Source of the DNA: Candidatus Omnitrophota bacterium
GTDB taxonomy: Bacteria; Omnitrophota; Gorgyraeia; Zapsychrales; Fredricksoniimonadaceae
NCBI GenBank assembly: GCA_015228785.1
Contig: JADGCU010000001.1
Coordinates: forward strand, 1,846-65,845
Length of the DNA: 64,000 nt
Reading direction: 5' to 3'
The notes under the pieces are model-generated. The model had not been told where the DNA came from and did no database searches. It saw only the letters and a list, made by a program, of their open reading frames with translations. Below, one piece after another: positions 30,817-40,857 of this stretch. Position numbers and translations under genes: made by a program. Positions within the stretch are counted from its first letter, which is position 1. Each line of letters begins with the position of its first letter.

Positions 30817-31947
30817 CTAAGGCGATTCTTTCTGAGAAGGCGTGGCAGTACCTGTCAGCACATCTTGAAGAGCAGGTGCGGTCAGCAGACTTCCGTAGTG
30901 AAAAATGACACAAGACCCGCCATTGGCGGATTCACAAAAACGGATCTGTTCGGCGAATATTTTGGGCGTCTCAAGAAGACTGTGAGCGCCAATGGCTGTG
31001 TTTACTTTCTTGAAATCAGCGGACTTACTGATCGCGTCAAGCATGTATTTCTCAAAATCAGCAGAAGTGGTCGCGTAACTCATAGTGGTCGCAAAATCGA
31101 CAAGCCCTCGGGAAACCCATGATGACCAGTCCTGAAAGGCTTCCTCATAAGCGCGGACATAAGGCATGCATCCTGTTGTTGATATTTGGATTTGAGGCCG
31201 GATAGAGCGAGCTTTTTTTACGAGCTGTTCAAGCGTGGCCGTGACCTGGGCTCGTTTCCAGTCTTTCCATATTTGGCTTCCATCTTCAATAGTAGCCTGT
31301 CCGGTCTCTTTCTTAAAGCGCTCAATATTGGCGGGTGAGTATCCATAGGTCGGGTTTTTATCAGGATAACGGATGTAATCGAATTGGATCCCATCAAGAT
31401 CAGGGTAGGTAGTCAAGATTTCTCCAACAATAGTTGATAATTCTTCCCTCACCCTCAGGTCGCCTGGTTCAAGAAAATACTGATTATCGATCTTATAATC
31501 TTTGATGGATTTCTTCTTTGCAATATTCCTGGTTAATGCATCAGTGCCTAATTTCTGGAGGATGGGAGCACGATAATTATTGCCTAAACTAAAAACATTG
31601 ACCCAGGCATGGACTTCAAGCCCCTTGGCATGTGCATTCTTAATAAGAAGGGTAAAGGGATCCTCCCCCATAGTTCTAAAGATCTGGTCATAAGGAGACT
31701 GGTCTCCTGCGGTGGAAGGAAACCATGTCTGGTTGGCTCGGTAAATCTGGACAAAAAGAGTCGAGATATTTGCTTTTTTCGAAAAATCAATGAGGCTGTT
31801 AATGTCTTTAACACTGGATAGAACGGGGGGTTCTTGCAAAACCGTCACAAAAAGCCCGCGAGGTAATGCTTCCTCAGCATGAGCGACTTTTGGAAAAGCA
31901 CATAAGAAGAAAAGGAAGACGATGGTAAGCCATTGGTTCATAGACAC
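30817..31947 (-). CDS. glycoside hydrolase-like family 10 (GHL10/DUF187, YngK-like) secreted protein
   Basis: Signal peptide, then RGLFVTVL, HAKGLEVHAWVNVF and GIQFDYIRYP, typical of the GHL10 TIM barrel. Confidence 0.7.
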   Translation of the reverse strand: MSMNQWLTIVFLFFLCAFPKVAHAEEALPRGLFVTVLQEPPVLSSVKDINSLIDFSKKANISTLFVQIYRANQTWFPSTAGDQSPYDQIFRTMGEDPFTLLIKNAHAKGLEVHAWVNVFSLGNNYRAPILQKLGTDALTRNIAKKKSIKDYKIDNQYFLEPGDLRVREELSTIVGEILTTYPDLDGIQFDYIRYPDKNPTYGYSPANIERFKKETGQATIEDGSQIWKDWKRAQVTATLEQLVKKARSIRPQIQISTTGCMPYVRAYEEAFQDWSSWVSRGLVDFATTMSYATTSADFEKYMLDAISKSADFKKVNTAIGAHSLLETPKIFAEQIRFCESANGGSCVIFHYGSLLTAPALQDVLTGTATPSQKESP

Positions 31948-32031
31948 CTCTTTCTTGTCTCTTATTTTGCCAGAAAATCATTTATTCACAACAACAACCC
32001 ATCATTTCTTGAAAAGCATATGCGAACAGAA

Positions 32032-32053
32032 AGCCCGTCTCGTAAGACGGGCT
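32032..32053 (-). terminator. hairpin terminator downstream of 32130-32342 gene
   Basis: Perfect 9-bp stem AGCCCGTCT / AGACGGGCT with a 4-nt loop. The minus-strand tail TTCTGTT is only moderately T-rich. Confidence 0.45.
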
Positions 32054-32129
32054 CGCGGATAAATAAGACCATGTGAGTTCATTTACCAATGCCTATAAAC
32101 ACGTGAATAAGAATGAAAAAAGAAAGCGA

Positions 32130-32342
32130 TTATGAAGTCTTTTTGATTCTTTTGACGGCTTTTTTAGGAGCTTCCATGTTTTCTTTCAGCCATTCCTTTG
32201 AAAAACGAGTGATCCAGTCTTTGGATGCTTTTTCAAAGCCGATATCACATCCGGCTTTTTGGCTTTCAAACCATTTGTGACGCTCGATTTCCTCAATAAC
32301 ACGTTTGTCTTTTAATAATTCTTTAGTACTCGTTGTGGCCAT
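32130..32342 (-). CDS. small conserved hypothetical protein
   Basis: 70-aa ORF with the motif ERHKWFESQKAGCDIGFEKASKDWI and a basic tail. Confidence 0.5.
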   Translation of the reverse strand: MATTSTKELLKDKRVIEEIERHKWFESQKAGCDIGFEKASKDWITRFSKEWLKENMEAPKKAVKRIKKTS

Positions 32343-32409
32343 GACCCCCTCCTTTTTGAGAAATATATTTTACCAGAAATATATATGTCGGCTACTGAAT
32401 AATTACGAT

Positions 32410-33834
32410 TTACAGATCAATGGGCTCATGGAATCCATCGGTTATTCCCGTCGGAGATATGTCTTCGACTACCTTCATGGCTCGCCATTTTCCGCTTCGA
32501 TATCGAAGGTAAACAGGAACAGAGAAGAGAAAGAATATCCCTACCATAAAGGCCCATGCGGCTTGAGGAGACAGATTAAAGATCCGAAAAACAACAAGAA
32601 GAACAATGACTGTTAACCAGTGAAGGCTTACGGATATACACATGGCCCAGAAGGTATCCCCTGCACCACGAAGTGCCCCGATAAAAACAACAAGGACGGC
32701 CTCAACCAGCACGTATAAGGATGCCAGACGGATCATAAAAATAGCTAAAGGAAGAGCTTCGCGAAAAACATCACTTCCCACAGAAGGATGAAAGATTTCT
32801 ACCAAGTGCTGTGGAATGCCGATGAAGAATGCGAAAATAATCGTTGTGTAAACAATGCCCAGCTTGAGTCCTGACATAACAGAGCGATGTGCACTGTCCG
32901 GGTCCCCTGCCCCCATAAATCGGCCGACCATGCTGGTTACGGCGATTTCAATTCCTAAAAGAGGAACGAAAGAGACCATGTCCCAGTTGAACATGATGGT
33001 CGCGGCTGTTGCGGTCACAAGGCCATGGGCATGGAATATCATGACAAGAGCATTAAAAGCCAAAATATTAAGGAAGAATTCAAGGCCTGCCGGAGAACCA
33101 AAACGAAGGAGTTTTGACATGACAGTACGATTAAAACGAAAAGAATCCAGAATGGAGAATTCATCGCGATTCTTCTTTTTTAAATATGCAGTGATGAGGA
33201 TGAGAAGGCCGCTTAATCCTCCCAGGATCGCGGCATAGGCGGCTCCCCGTATTCCTAATGCGGGCATACCAAATTTGCCAAAGATAAAGATATAACCCAA
33301 CAATGCGTTAACGATCATGGAAGTGAATGAGGCAACCATGACAACTCTGGTCCTTCCGATTCCTGAGAAGAAACAACTTAATACATTTCTTAAGAGAGAA
33401 ATGATCACAGCAAAAAGAAGAATATCAAAATACAGATTTTGCGGTCCTAGTTGTTCGGGGGAAATCCCCATAAATTCAAACATCTTATGTCCTAAAGGAC
33501 GACTGGCGAGAATGGGTAGATAGGCCAGGACGCAAAAAAGCGCTGCCTGAGTGATCACAACAGCGCATTCCTTTTTTCTGCCAGCACCCAGGTATTGAGC
33601 GACGAGCGCTGAAGAATATCCGGTAAGGCCAATGAAGAAGGACATCATCATAAAGACGGTGAGCCCTCCCCCCATCGCAGCGTTCATGAGTTCTGGTTCT
33701 AGTCTGGAAAGAAATACTCGTCCCGTAAAGATCATCGCCGTATCGCAGGCTTGTGATACGACCATGGGAAGCGCGATGGCCAGCATCTGCTGAATACTGC
33801 CGTTGTTATGAGACGAAGTCCGTGCTTTATTCAT
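32410..33834 (-). CDS. MATE family efflux transporter
   Basis: About 12 TM helices and an N-terminal LAIALPMVVSQ-type motif; the length (474 aa) is typical. Confidence 0.9.
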   Translation of the reverse strand: MNKARTSSHNNGSIQQMLAIALPMVVSQACDTAMIFTGRVFLSRLEPELMNAAMGGGLTVFMMMSFFIGLTGYSSALVAQYLGAGRKKECAVVITQAALFCVLAYLPILASRPLGHKMFEFMGISPEQLGPQNLYFDILLFAVIISLLRNVLSCFFSGIGRTRVVMVASFTSMIVNALLGYIFIFGKFGMPALGIRGAAYAAILGGLSGLLILITAYLKKKNRDEFSILDSFRFNRTVMSKLLRFGSPAGLEFFLNILAFNALVMIFHAHGLVTATAATIMFNWDMVSFVPLLGIEIAVTSMVGRFMGAGDPDSAHRSVMSGLKLGIVYTTIIFAFFIGIPQHLVEIFHPSVGSDVFREALPLAIFMIRLASLYVLVEAVLVVFIGALRGAGDTFWAMCISVSLHWLTVIVLLVVFRIFNLSPQAAWAFMVGIFFLFSVPVYLRYRSGKWRAMKVVEDISPTGITDGFHEPIDL

Positions 33835-33843
33835 AATTTAAGA

Positions 33844-33879
33844 AAAAGGCCCGTTGGATATGATCCTAACGGGCTTTTT
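33844..33879 (-). terminator. rho-independent terminator after pckG
   Basis: Stem GCCCGTT(GGA) / (TCC)TAACGGGC, flanked by A5 and T5. On the minus strand the hairpin is followed by TTTTTCTT. Confidence 0.7.
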
Positions 33880-33916
33880 CAGTTGGAATGTTCGAAAAAC
33901 CAAAGAACCTCTGGTC

Positions 33917-35686
33917 TTACTTTAATTTTGCGACTAAGGTCCTGTATTCTTGACGTAATTCATCGGGCATATGACCGCCAAACTGCTCCATGAATTTCTT
34001 AATATCTTGAAGCTCGTCCTTCCAGTCATCAGGTCTGACCTCAAAGAGTTTCTTGATATTATCTCGACTAATCTCCAGCCCGTTAAGATCCAGGTCTTTG
34101 ATATGCGGCAGATAGCCAAGGGCCGTCTCCTGCGCACTGACTTTGTTGTTGACGCGGTCGATCATCCACTTAAGAACACGGATATTGTCTCCAAAACCAG
34201 GCCAAATAAACTTGCCCGCATCATCCGTGCGGAACCAGTTCACGCAAAAGATCTTGGGCGGATGTTTGAGGCGTTTACCAATGTTTAACCAATGCTTAAA
34301 GTACTCTCCCATGTTGTAACCGCAAAAAGGAATCATGGCCATCGGGTCCCGACGCAAGGTCCCCACCTGATGCGCAGCAGCAGCGGTTGTTTCAGAGCCT
34401 GTTCTGGCTCCTAGAAAAACACCATTTTGCCAGTTGAACGCTTCGGTCACCAGAGGGACTAACTGTGTGCGCCGGCCGCCAAGGATGATCGCGGAAATCG
34501 GCACGCCTTGGGGATTATCGAATTCTTTAGACAGCATAGGACAGTTGTACATAGACACCGTGAATCTGGAATTCGCGTGTGCTCCTTTGGTATCCTTAGA
34601 AGGCGCCCAAACTTTGCCCTGCCAGTCTGTAAGATTCCTAGGAGTATCGCCATCCATCCCTTCCCACCAAGGCTCTTTATTGTCAGTATCTAAAGCCGTA
34701 TTGGTAAAGATCGTTGGGAGAAATTTGTCCCCCTTAAGAGTCCGGATCATATTGGGATTTGTCTTCATGGAAGTACCCGGCGCGACGCCAAAGAATCCGG
34801 CTTCAGGATTGATGGCATAGAGTCGTCCATCAGCGCCCACGTTGAGCCAAGCGATATCATCACCAAGGGTCCAAACCTTGTATCCAGGAAGAGCTGATTG
34901 GAGCATGGCCAGATTGGTCTTGCCACAGGCTGAAGGAAGAGCAATCGTGACATAGGACACTTGACCTTGGGGATCCTCGATACCCGCGATCACCATGTGT
35001 TCGGCAAGCCATCCCTCTTGACAACCCAGCCAGGAAGCGATACGTAAAGAGAAACATTTCTTACCCAAAAGGGCATTACCACCATAACCAGATCCTACGC
35101 TCCAGACGAAGAGTTCATCTGGAAAATGCATAATAAAACGTTTGTTAGGATCAAGATCTCCAATGGAATGAAGTCCTTTTACGAATTTGTCAGAATTGCC
35201 AATGCGGTCAATGGCCTCTTTCCCCATGCGGGCCATGATCCTCATGCTAAGAACGACGTAGGAAATATCCGTAAGTTGCACACAGGCCTTGGCGTAGGGA
35301 GATGACGGATGTCCCATCATATAGGGCATGACATACATGGTCCGACCCTTCATACAACCATCGGACAATTGAGTCATTTTAGCCTTGGCTTCAGCGGGAT
35401 CCATCCAGTTGTTATTGGGGCCAGTCAGATCTTTGTTGGGATGGCAAATGAATGTGAGGTGCTCAACGCGTGCAACATCTGTGGGATGGCTGCGGTGATA
35501 GTAAGCATTGGGCCAGGATTTATGGTTAAGTTCTTCTAAAACCGGCGTTGTCCCGATTTTTTCTTCTTTCATGCCGATCTCGATCAGCCGGCGCGCTTCT
35601 TCCTCGGAACCATCGCACCAGTAGATCTTGTCCGGTTTTGTGAGCTTCGCTTGTTCCTCAACCCATCTTTCAAGTGGTGTAGCCAT
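33917..35686 (-). CDS. pckG: phosphoenolpyruvate carboxykinase (GTP)
   Basis: Full-length GTP-PEPCK with FPSACGKTN-like P-loop (LPSACGKTNLAML), GDDIAW and NWFR motifs. Confidence 0.95.
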   Translation of the reverse strand: MATPLERWVEEQAKLTKPDKIYWCDGSEEEARRLIEIGMKEEKIGTTPVLEELNHKSWPNAYYHRSHPTDVARVEHLTFICHPNKDLTGPNNNWMDPAEAKAKMTQLSDGCMKGRTMYVMPYMMGHPSSPYAKACVQLTDISYVVLSMRIMARMGKEAIDRIGNSDKFVKGLHSIGDLDPNKRFIMHFPDELFVWSVGSGYGGNALLGKKCFSLRIASWLGCQEGWLAEHMVIAGIEDPQGQVSYVTIALPSACGKTNLAMLQSALPGYKVWTLGDDIAWLNVGADGRLYAINPEAGFFGVAPGTSMKTNPNMIRTLKGDKFLPTIFTNTALDTDNKEPWWEGMDGDTPRNLTDWQGKVWAPSKDTKGAHANSRFTVSMYNCPMLSKEFDNPQGVPISAIILGGRRTQLVPLVTEAFNWQNGVFLGARTGSETTAAAAHQVGTLRRDPMAMIPFCGYNMGEYFKHWLNIGKRLKHPPKIFCVNWFRTDDAGKFIWPGFGDNIRVLKWMIDRVNNKVSAQETALGYLPHIKDLDLNGLEISRDNIKKLFEVRPDDWKDELQDIKKFMEQFGGHMPDELRQEYRTLVAKLK

Positions 35687-35783
35687 GACCCAGCTCCTTA
35701 AAAAAGTATTTGTTAATCCTTAAAGTTAACCAATACTACCAAATAAAACTATATAATCCAGCTATTTTATTAAGGAATTATAT

Positions 35784-36065
35784 TTAGCAATTTTGGCTTA
35801 TTGTTCCTGTTTTTATGGGGGTTGCATCGGTAAGTGAAATATATTTTTTTGATAATTTATAGATATAAAGTTCTTCGACCTTGACTCTGGCCCAGGGAGT
35901 TTTTCTTAAGAATGTTAAGCTGGACTTGATGCTGGGATCCAAGATAAAACATCTGATGCGAATGATTTTCCCCAGTTCTTCCCATCCCATATTTTCTACA
36001 AGACGTGTTAATAGTGTCTCGAGTGTAATTCCATGAAGAGGATCTCGTGATTTTGTTTTCGTCAT
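35784..36065 (-). CDS. VF530-family (DUF2132) small DNA-binding protein
   Basis: [25 protein letters not shown] and [17 protein letters not shown] moved the start to ATG 36065 to avoid overlapping glgE. Confidence 0.7.
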   Translation of the reverse strand: MTKTKSRDPLHGITLETLLTRLVENMGWEELGKIIRIRCFILDPSIKSSLTFLRKTPWARVKVEELYIYKLSKKYISLTDATPIKTGTISQNC

Positions 36066-36072
36066 ATTTTTC

Positions 36073-38094
36073 TTATAGATAATATTCAAAATCATGGTCA
36101 CGATTAACGTTTTTTGTGAGGAGGATCACGTGCGCGACAGACTTCACGGGATTTAATTCCACGAAAGTCTTTTCCCCTAGCCAGGTAAACTTCTCTCCAG
36201 TTAAAAGGTCATGTGCCGGGTATGGCTTATCATTAACGATTCCCAAAGTGTGAAGAGGGATTTCCACATGGCCGCTTTGTGTATGATGCGGGTCAAGGTT
36301 GACGATCACGAGGATGATATTGGAGAAATCAGGCGTAGCTTTATAGTACGCAAGGATTTGATCGTTACTTGTCTTGCAGAATCGGATATTGCGTGTCACT
36401 TGAAGAGCCGTGTTTTCACGACGGATCTTGTTCAATTTTGTCAGGACATCTTTAATGTTCCCTGCGCGATCCCAATCCCAAGCTTTGATCTCATATTTCT
36501 CATTATCGACATACTCTTCTTTTCCTGGAAATGGTTGATTCTCGCATAGTTCAAAAGCAGGGCCGTAAATGCCAAAATTGGAAGACATTGTTGATGCCAA
36601 GACCGCTCGCATTACAAAAGAGGGGCGTTTCGCATGTTGCAAGTGTTCTGCCAGGATATCGGGTGTATTGGGCCAGAAATTTGGTCTGAAGAATTCAGAC
36701 GCATCTGTTTGGGCAAGCTCAGTGAGATACTCCTCAAATTCTTTTTTTGTATTGCGCCAGGTGAAATACGTGTACGATTGGGTAAATCCCCCCTTGGCCA
36801 GACGATACATGATATTAGGGCGCGTAAAGGCTTCGGCAAGGAATATCGCATCTGGAAATTCTTTTTTCACTTCTGAAATGACCCAGTCCCAGAAAAGAAA
36901 TGGTTTGGTATGCGGATTGTCCACACGGAAAACACGGACCCCTTCTTTTGCCCAAAAAATAAAAATACTTTTGAGTTCTTCCCATAGCGCTATGCGATCT
37001 TTGGTCTCAAAATTAAAAGGAACAATATCTTCGTATTTTTTGGGAGGATTCTCGGCATACTGAACCGTGCCATCAGGGCGCCATGAAAACCATGAGGGGT
37101 GCTCTTTTAAGTATGGATGATCTTGAGAGCACTGAAAAGCAATATCAAAAGCGATCTCTAGATTGTTCTGTTTTGCTTCTTTCACAAAGTTGCGAAAATC
37201 CTCCATGGTGCCGAGTTGAGGATGAATGGCCTTGTGTCCGCCGTCTTTTGAGCCTACGGCCCAAGGAGAGCCTGGATCATGAGGAGAACAGGTTGTGGCA
37301 TTGTTTTTGCCCTTGCGAAAGGCCTGACCGATGGGATGGATAGGCGGAAGATAAATAATATCGAATCCCATAGCCGCGATCTTGGGAAGAATGCGGGCGG
37401 CCTCTTTAAATGTGCCGTGAACGCCAGGCTTCTCCCCCCACGAACGCGGGAAGAATTCATACCAACTGCTAAACCCTGCACGGACTCGATCAACATGGAC
37501 AATAAGTTCTTGGGGATAAAGAACGCTTTTCTCAAGATCAAAATGCTCGGCCATTAATTGATACAGCTCTTCACTCAGCGCTAGTTTGATAGCGATAGCA
37601 TGATCTTTTTTAACAAGATCTTCGGCCCAGCTTAAGAGTTTGTCTTGTGCCTCTCCCTTGGCGCGTCCAGCCGCTTCCTTAATAAGATTGCTCCCGATCT
37701 GAAGATCAACGGGCGCATCCCTTTTGGCGTCAACTCGTTTCTTGAGATCATGACACCAGGAGGAGAACTCACAGGCATGTCCGCGTACTGTGTAAACGTA
37801 ATTTTTATGTTCTTCAATGGAGAAAGCCGCGATCCAGGCATCATTGCCCAGGGATTTCATGGGTGTTTTATGCCAATTTGATTCAGATGCCATTCGATAA
37901 AGAAGGTCTGCTTTGACCTGGTCATGGCCATCGGCGAAAACATTGGCACGCACAACAACACGATCTCCCACAACACGCTTGATAGGAAAGATCCCCCCAT
38001 CGATCTGAGGTGTGACTTTTTCAATAATGACCCGCGGATGGGCGCTTATAGTTTGCTTTAGGTTCGATTCTTTAACTGTCACCTTCTTTGCCAT
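36073..38094 (-). CDS. glgE: alpha-1,4-glucan:maltose-1-phosphate maltosyltransferase
   Basis: N-terminal GlgE-specific domain ([18 protein letters not shown]), a GH13 core ([10 protein letters not shown]) and SWYEFFPRS. Confidence 0.9.
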   Translation of the reverse strand: MAKKVTVKESNLKQTISAHPRVIIEKVTPQIDGGIFPIKRVVGDRVVVRANVFADGHDQVKADLLYRMASESNWHKTPMKSLGNDAWIAAFSIEEHKNYVYTVRGHACEFSSWCHDLKKRVDAKRDAPVDLQIGSNLIKEAAGRAKGEAQDKLLSWAEDLVKKDHAIAIKLALSEELYQLMAEHFDLEKSVLYPQELIVHVDRVRAGFSSWYEFFPRSWGEKPGVHGTFKEAARILPKIAAMGFDIIYLPPIHPIGQAFRKGKNNATTCSPHDPGSPWAVGSKDGGHKAIHPQLGTMEDFRNFVKEAKQNNLEIAFDIAFQCSQDHPYLKEHPSWFSWRPDGTVQYAENPPKKYEDIVPFNFETKDRIALWEELKSIFIFWAKEGVRVFRVDNPHTKPFLFWDWVISEVKKEFPDAIFLAEAFTRPNIMYRLAKGGFTQSYTYFTWRNTKKEFEEYLTELAQTDASEFFRPNFWPNTPDILAEHLQHAKRPSFVMRAVLASTMSSNFGIYGPAFELCENQPFPGKEEYVDNEKYEIKAWDWDRAGNIKDVLTKLNKIRRENTALQVTRNIRFCKTSNDQILAYYKATPDFSNIILVIVNLDPHHTQSGHVEIPLHTLGIVNDKPYPAHDLLTGEKFTWLGEKTFVELNPVKSVAHVILLTKNVNRDHDFEYYL

Positions 38095-38169
38095 GAAATA
38101 TCCTTTCTTACTATTAAGAATCTAATGGGTGGCATTTTAACATCATCGGCTGGATTTTAAAATGACAAG

Positions 38170-38197
38170 TTGATAATCTATGAATTTCCTTTAAAAT
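38170..38197 (+). promoter_or_regulatory. candidate sigma70-like promoter for the glycogen-synthase-like gene
   Basis: TTGATA, a 16-nt spacer, then TAAAAT, in the divergent intergenic region. Confidence 0.35.
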
Positions 38198-38242
38198 CAA
38201 TACGAATCGTAAATCACGGCAATATCAAATCGACGAGGGCGC

Positions 38243-39442
38243 GTGAAAGTTCAGATCTTGACTAATGAATATCCTCCTGCCATTTACGGTGGTGCCGGCA
38301 TTCATGTCGACTACTTGAGCCGTGAACTTGCCAAGCTTTGCGAGGTTGATGTACGTTGTTTCGGCGAACAGAACTTGAAGAACGGGTCCCTCACAGTTAC
38401 AGGCTTCCCTTTAAGAAATGAACATTTTTCGGCCCCTAAGCCATTACAGGCTGTTTTTGGGGCAGCTCAACGGTGTCTGGATTTTAACGCCGTTAATATT
38501 GATGCTGACCTTGTCCACTGTCACACCTGGTACACGCATTTAGGTGGTATTATTGCCAAAATGAACTATTCGATCCCTCTTGTCATCACAACTCATTCTC
38601 TTGAACCTTTACGCCCTTGGAAGCGCGAGCAACTTAAGGGCGGATATGATTTTTCCTGCTGGGTTGAGAAAACAGCTATTGAAATGGCAGACGCCTTGAT
38701 TGCCGTCTCCGAAGATGCCAAGAAAGATATTCTCAAGTTCTACAAGGTAGAACCGGAAAAGATCCTTGTTATTCACAATGGGGTTGACCTGGAGGAATAC
38801 CATCCTGTCCATGCCCCGGAAAAACTTATTCCCTTCGGAATTGACCTGGCCAAGCCCTATGTTCTTTTTCTGGGGCGCATTACTCGTCAAAAAGGGATCA
38901 TTCATCTGGTGAACGCCATTGAGCATATGGATAAAGATTTTCAAATTGTTTTGTGTGCGGGGGCGCCGGATACCCTTGAGATCGCCTCAGAAATGCAGGC
39001 GCATGTCGCTTCTCTTCAGAAGCGTCGTTCAGGTATTATTTGGATTCAAGAAATGGTCGATGTTCCGACAAAAGTAGCACTTTATTCGCATGCGGCTCTT
39101 TTTTGTTGCCCGTCGATCTATGAACCATTCGGTATCATTAATCTAGAGGCAATGGCTTGTGAAACGCCTGTTGTTGCAAGTGCCGTAGGCGGCATTACCG
39201 AGGTTGTGGTCAATAAAGAGACAGGATTATTGATTGATGTGAAACAAGGAGAAAATGGTTCTTACGAACCGCTGGATGCGCAAAAGTTTTCAAGAGATAT
39301 CGCAAGTAACGTCAATATCCTTATGAAGGATCCTGAGCGCCGCAAGAAAATGGGACAAGCTGGACGGAAACGTGCTATTGACCAATTTAGCTGGTCAGCC
39401 ATTGCTCAAAAGACACTCGCTCTCTACCAAACACTTGTTTAA
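38243..39442 (+). CDS. GT4 glycogen synthase, actinobacterial GlgM/GlgA type (alpha-maltose-1-phosphate synthase-like)
   Basis: TNEYPPAIYGGAGIHVDYLSREL and EPFGIINLEAMACETPVVASAVGGI. GTG start with a GAGGG RBS; divergent from glgE. Confidence 0.8.
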   Translation: MKVQILTNEYPPAIYGGAGIHVDYLSRELAKLCEVDVRCFGEQNLKNGSLTVTGFPLRNEHFSAPKPLQAVFGAAQRCLDFNAVNIDADLVHCHTWYTHLGGIIAKMNYSIPLVITTHSLEPLRPWKREQLKGGYDFSCWVEKTAIEMADALIAVSEDAKKDILKFYKVEPEKILVIHNGVDLEEYHPVHAPEKLIPFGIDLAKPYVLFLGRITRQKGIIHLVNAIEHMDKDFQIVLCAGAPDTLEIASEMQAHVASLQKRRSGIIWIQEMVDVPTKVALYSHAALFCCPSIYEPFGIINLEAMACETPVVASAVGGITEVVVNKETGLLIDVKQGENGSYEPLDAQKFSRDIASNVNILMKDPERRKKMGQAGRKRAIDQFSWSAIAQKTLALYQTLV

Positions 39443-39460
39443 GAACGTCTCTTTTAGAAA

Positions 39461-39649
39461 TTATCCCTGAAAATTCGCCTTTACATGCGCACCATCGCAA
39501 AAAGGTTTTTTTGAAGACCCGCCGCAACGACATAAAGCGATCGTTTTGTCCTTGGTTTGAATCGAATTACCCTGGGCATCCTTAAGCTCAATGACTCCGG
39601 TTACTAACAATGGTCCATTCTTTAATAGTTGAATTGTGACATCAGCCAT
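39461..39649 (-). CDS. CDGSH iron-sulfur domain protein
   Basis: CRCGGSSKKPFCDGAH motif. ATG 39649 has AGGAG 8 nt upstream. Confidence 0.8.
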   Translation of the reverse strand: MADVTIQLLKNGPLLVTGVIELKDAQGNSIQTKDKTIALCRCGGSSKKPFCDGAHVKANFQG

Positions 39650-39663
39650 AAACACATCTCCTT

Positions 39664-40236
39664 TTATAGAATTCTTTTTCCTAACGCAACGATCTTTTCT
39701 TTTACGCCGTCCTTATTTCGTATATCACCTGATACCCCGGCGTTGGCAATGATCAGAGAATCAAAAGACATCCCTGTGTAGCGCGCTATGAGGGTAAATG
39801 GCTTCTCGAGAGCATCGAGACCTTCCCCTTCAAAAGCACTGGCTAAAAGGATCAGTGTTTTTCCCTGTAAAGGCGTTTTCATGGTGCCGGCCGCATTGTC
39901 CCATTTGTAAAGAGAGAACATCCGGTCCATGATGATTTTAAGTTGAGCACTGGGACCAAAGAAATAAAGAGGAGTTGCCATGACAATAATGTCCGCTTTA
40001 GCCATCTTAAGAAGAACAGACCTTGCGTCATCATCGATCACACATTCATATTTCTCTGACTTCTGACATGCCCTGCAGGAAGTGCATCCAGGGAACTTGT
40101 ATTTAAGAAAAGCAGCGTAAACAATATCTGGTATGCCACCTTTGGTGATGATCCCTTCTTGAAACCACTCGATCAGGGCAGTTGTGTTGCCATCTTTCTT
40201 GGGGCTTCCAGAAATGATCAGGATTTTCTTTGGCAT
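39664..40236 (-). CDS. flavodoxin-like / NADPH-dependent FMN reductase family (iron-sulfur flavoprotein-like)
   Basis: MPKKILIISGSPKKDGNT and a CTSCRAC cysteine cluster. I moved the start to ATG 40236 (GGAGAA RBS). Confidence 0.75.
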   Translation of the reverse strand: MPKKILIISGSPKKDGNTTALIEWFQEGIITKGGIPDIVYAAFLKYKFPGCTSCRACQKSEKYECVIDDDARSVLLKMAKADIIVMATPLYFFGPSAQLKIIMDRMFSLYKWDNAAGTMKTPLQGKTLILLASAFEGEGLDALEKPFTLIARYTGMSFDSLIIANAGVSGDIRNKDGVKEKIVALGKRIL

Positions 40237-40395
40237 GCGATTCTCCGATGTTTCTTTATAGCACTTTACGGAAAGAATATGGAATAAAAGCAATTTAGCT
40301 CTGTATGTTGACAATAAAGTATTTTTCTGTATAATTCAACACGTTTTAACGACCGCGTGAATGTGACGTAAAACGATTGTTTTTTACGAATTCAT

Positions 40396-40471
40396 TCCCC
40401 TGTAGCTCAGTTGGTAGAGCATGTGGCTGTTAACCACAGTGTCCGAGGTTCGAGCCCTCGCGGGGGAGCCA
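40396..40471 (+). tRNA. tRNA-Asn (anticodon GTT)
   Basis: A 76-nt cloverleaf: acceptor TCCCCTG/CGGGGGA, D arm GCTC-AGTTGGTA-GAGC, anticodon stem TGTGG/CCACA with loop CTGTTAA, T arm CGAGG-TTCGAGC-CCTCG, and an encoded CCA. Confidence 0.95.
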
Positions 40472-40480
40472 TTTAAAGAA

Positions 40481-40513
40481 GCCCATCAGAGATATCTGGT
40501 GGGCTTTTTCTTT
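40481..40513 (+). terminator. rho-independent terminator after tRNA-Asn
   Basis: Stem GCCCATCAG / CTGGTGGGC (one G-U pair), followed by TTTTTCTTT. Confidence 0.6.
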
Positions 40514-40612
40514 GTTTGAAGATCAACGACGGGGATTCTGACATTCCGAAGGATTCCCTTATCTCTCCCCCCCCATTTATGAGGGAGTACGTCTTGAAAT
40601 TGCGCCCGTATT

Positions 40613-40630
40613 TATCTCTTTATCTCTAAA
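40613..40630 (+). repeat. left copy of an 18-bp direct repeat flanking the MNT-HEPN cassette
   Basis: TATCTCTTTATCTCTAAA matches 41939-41956 (TATCTCTTTACCTCTAAA) at 17/18 positions. Weaker similarity continues about 10 nt to the right. Confidence 0.5.
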
Positions 40631-40734
40631 TCAGTGCATTTGGACTTTGTTTTCGGAAGTGCTGATCATCGTCAATATTCGCTTAAATAAATGTGCCCAA
40701 AATGAGCACTTCCGAAATATTGGCATTAGAGATA
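40621..40734. repeat. nested inverted repeat (114-bp palindromic structure)
   Basis: The outer arms are TATCTCTAAAT (40621-40631) and ATTAGAGATA (40725-40734). The inner arms are a perfect 13-bp pair, TTTCGGAAGTGCT (40651-40663) and AGCACTTCCGAAA (40705-40717). Confidence 0.55.
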
Positions 40735-40791
40735 GATGAGTTTTGTGAGTGTTTTGGGGTAAATATTATCGCGATTTTGCGTTTATGGCCG

Positions 40792-40819
40792 TTGACAATC
40801 ATCAAATACATGGTATGCT
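40792..40819 (+). promoter_or_regulatory. sigma70-like promoter of the MNT-HEPN operon
   Basis: TTGACA, a 16-nt spacer, then TATGCT, 39 nt upstream of ATG 40858. Confidence 0.45.
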
Positions 40820-40857
40820 TCTCGTAAGGTTAGCCTAATGAACGTAAGAAAATCCTT

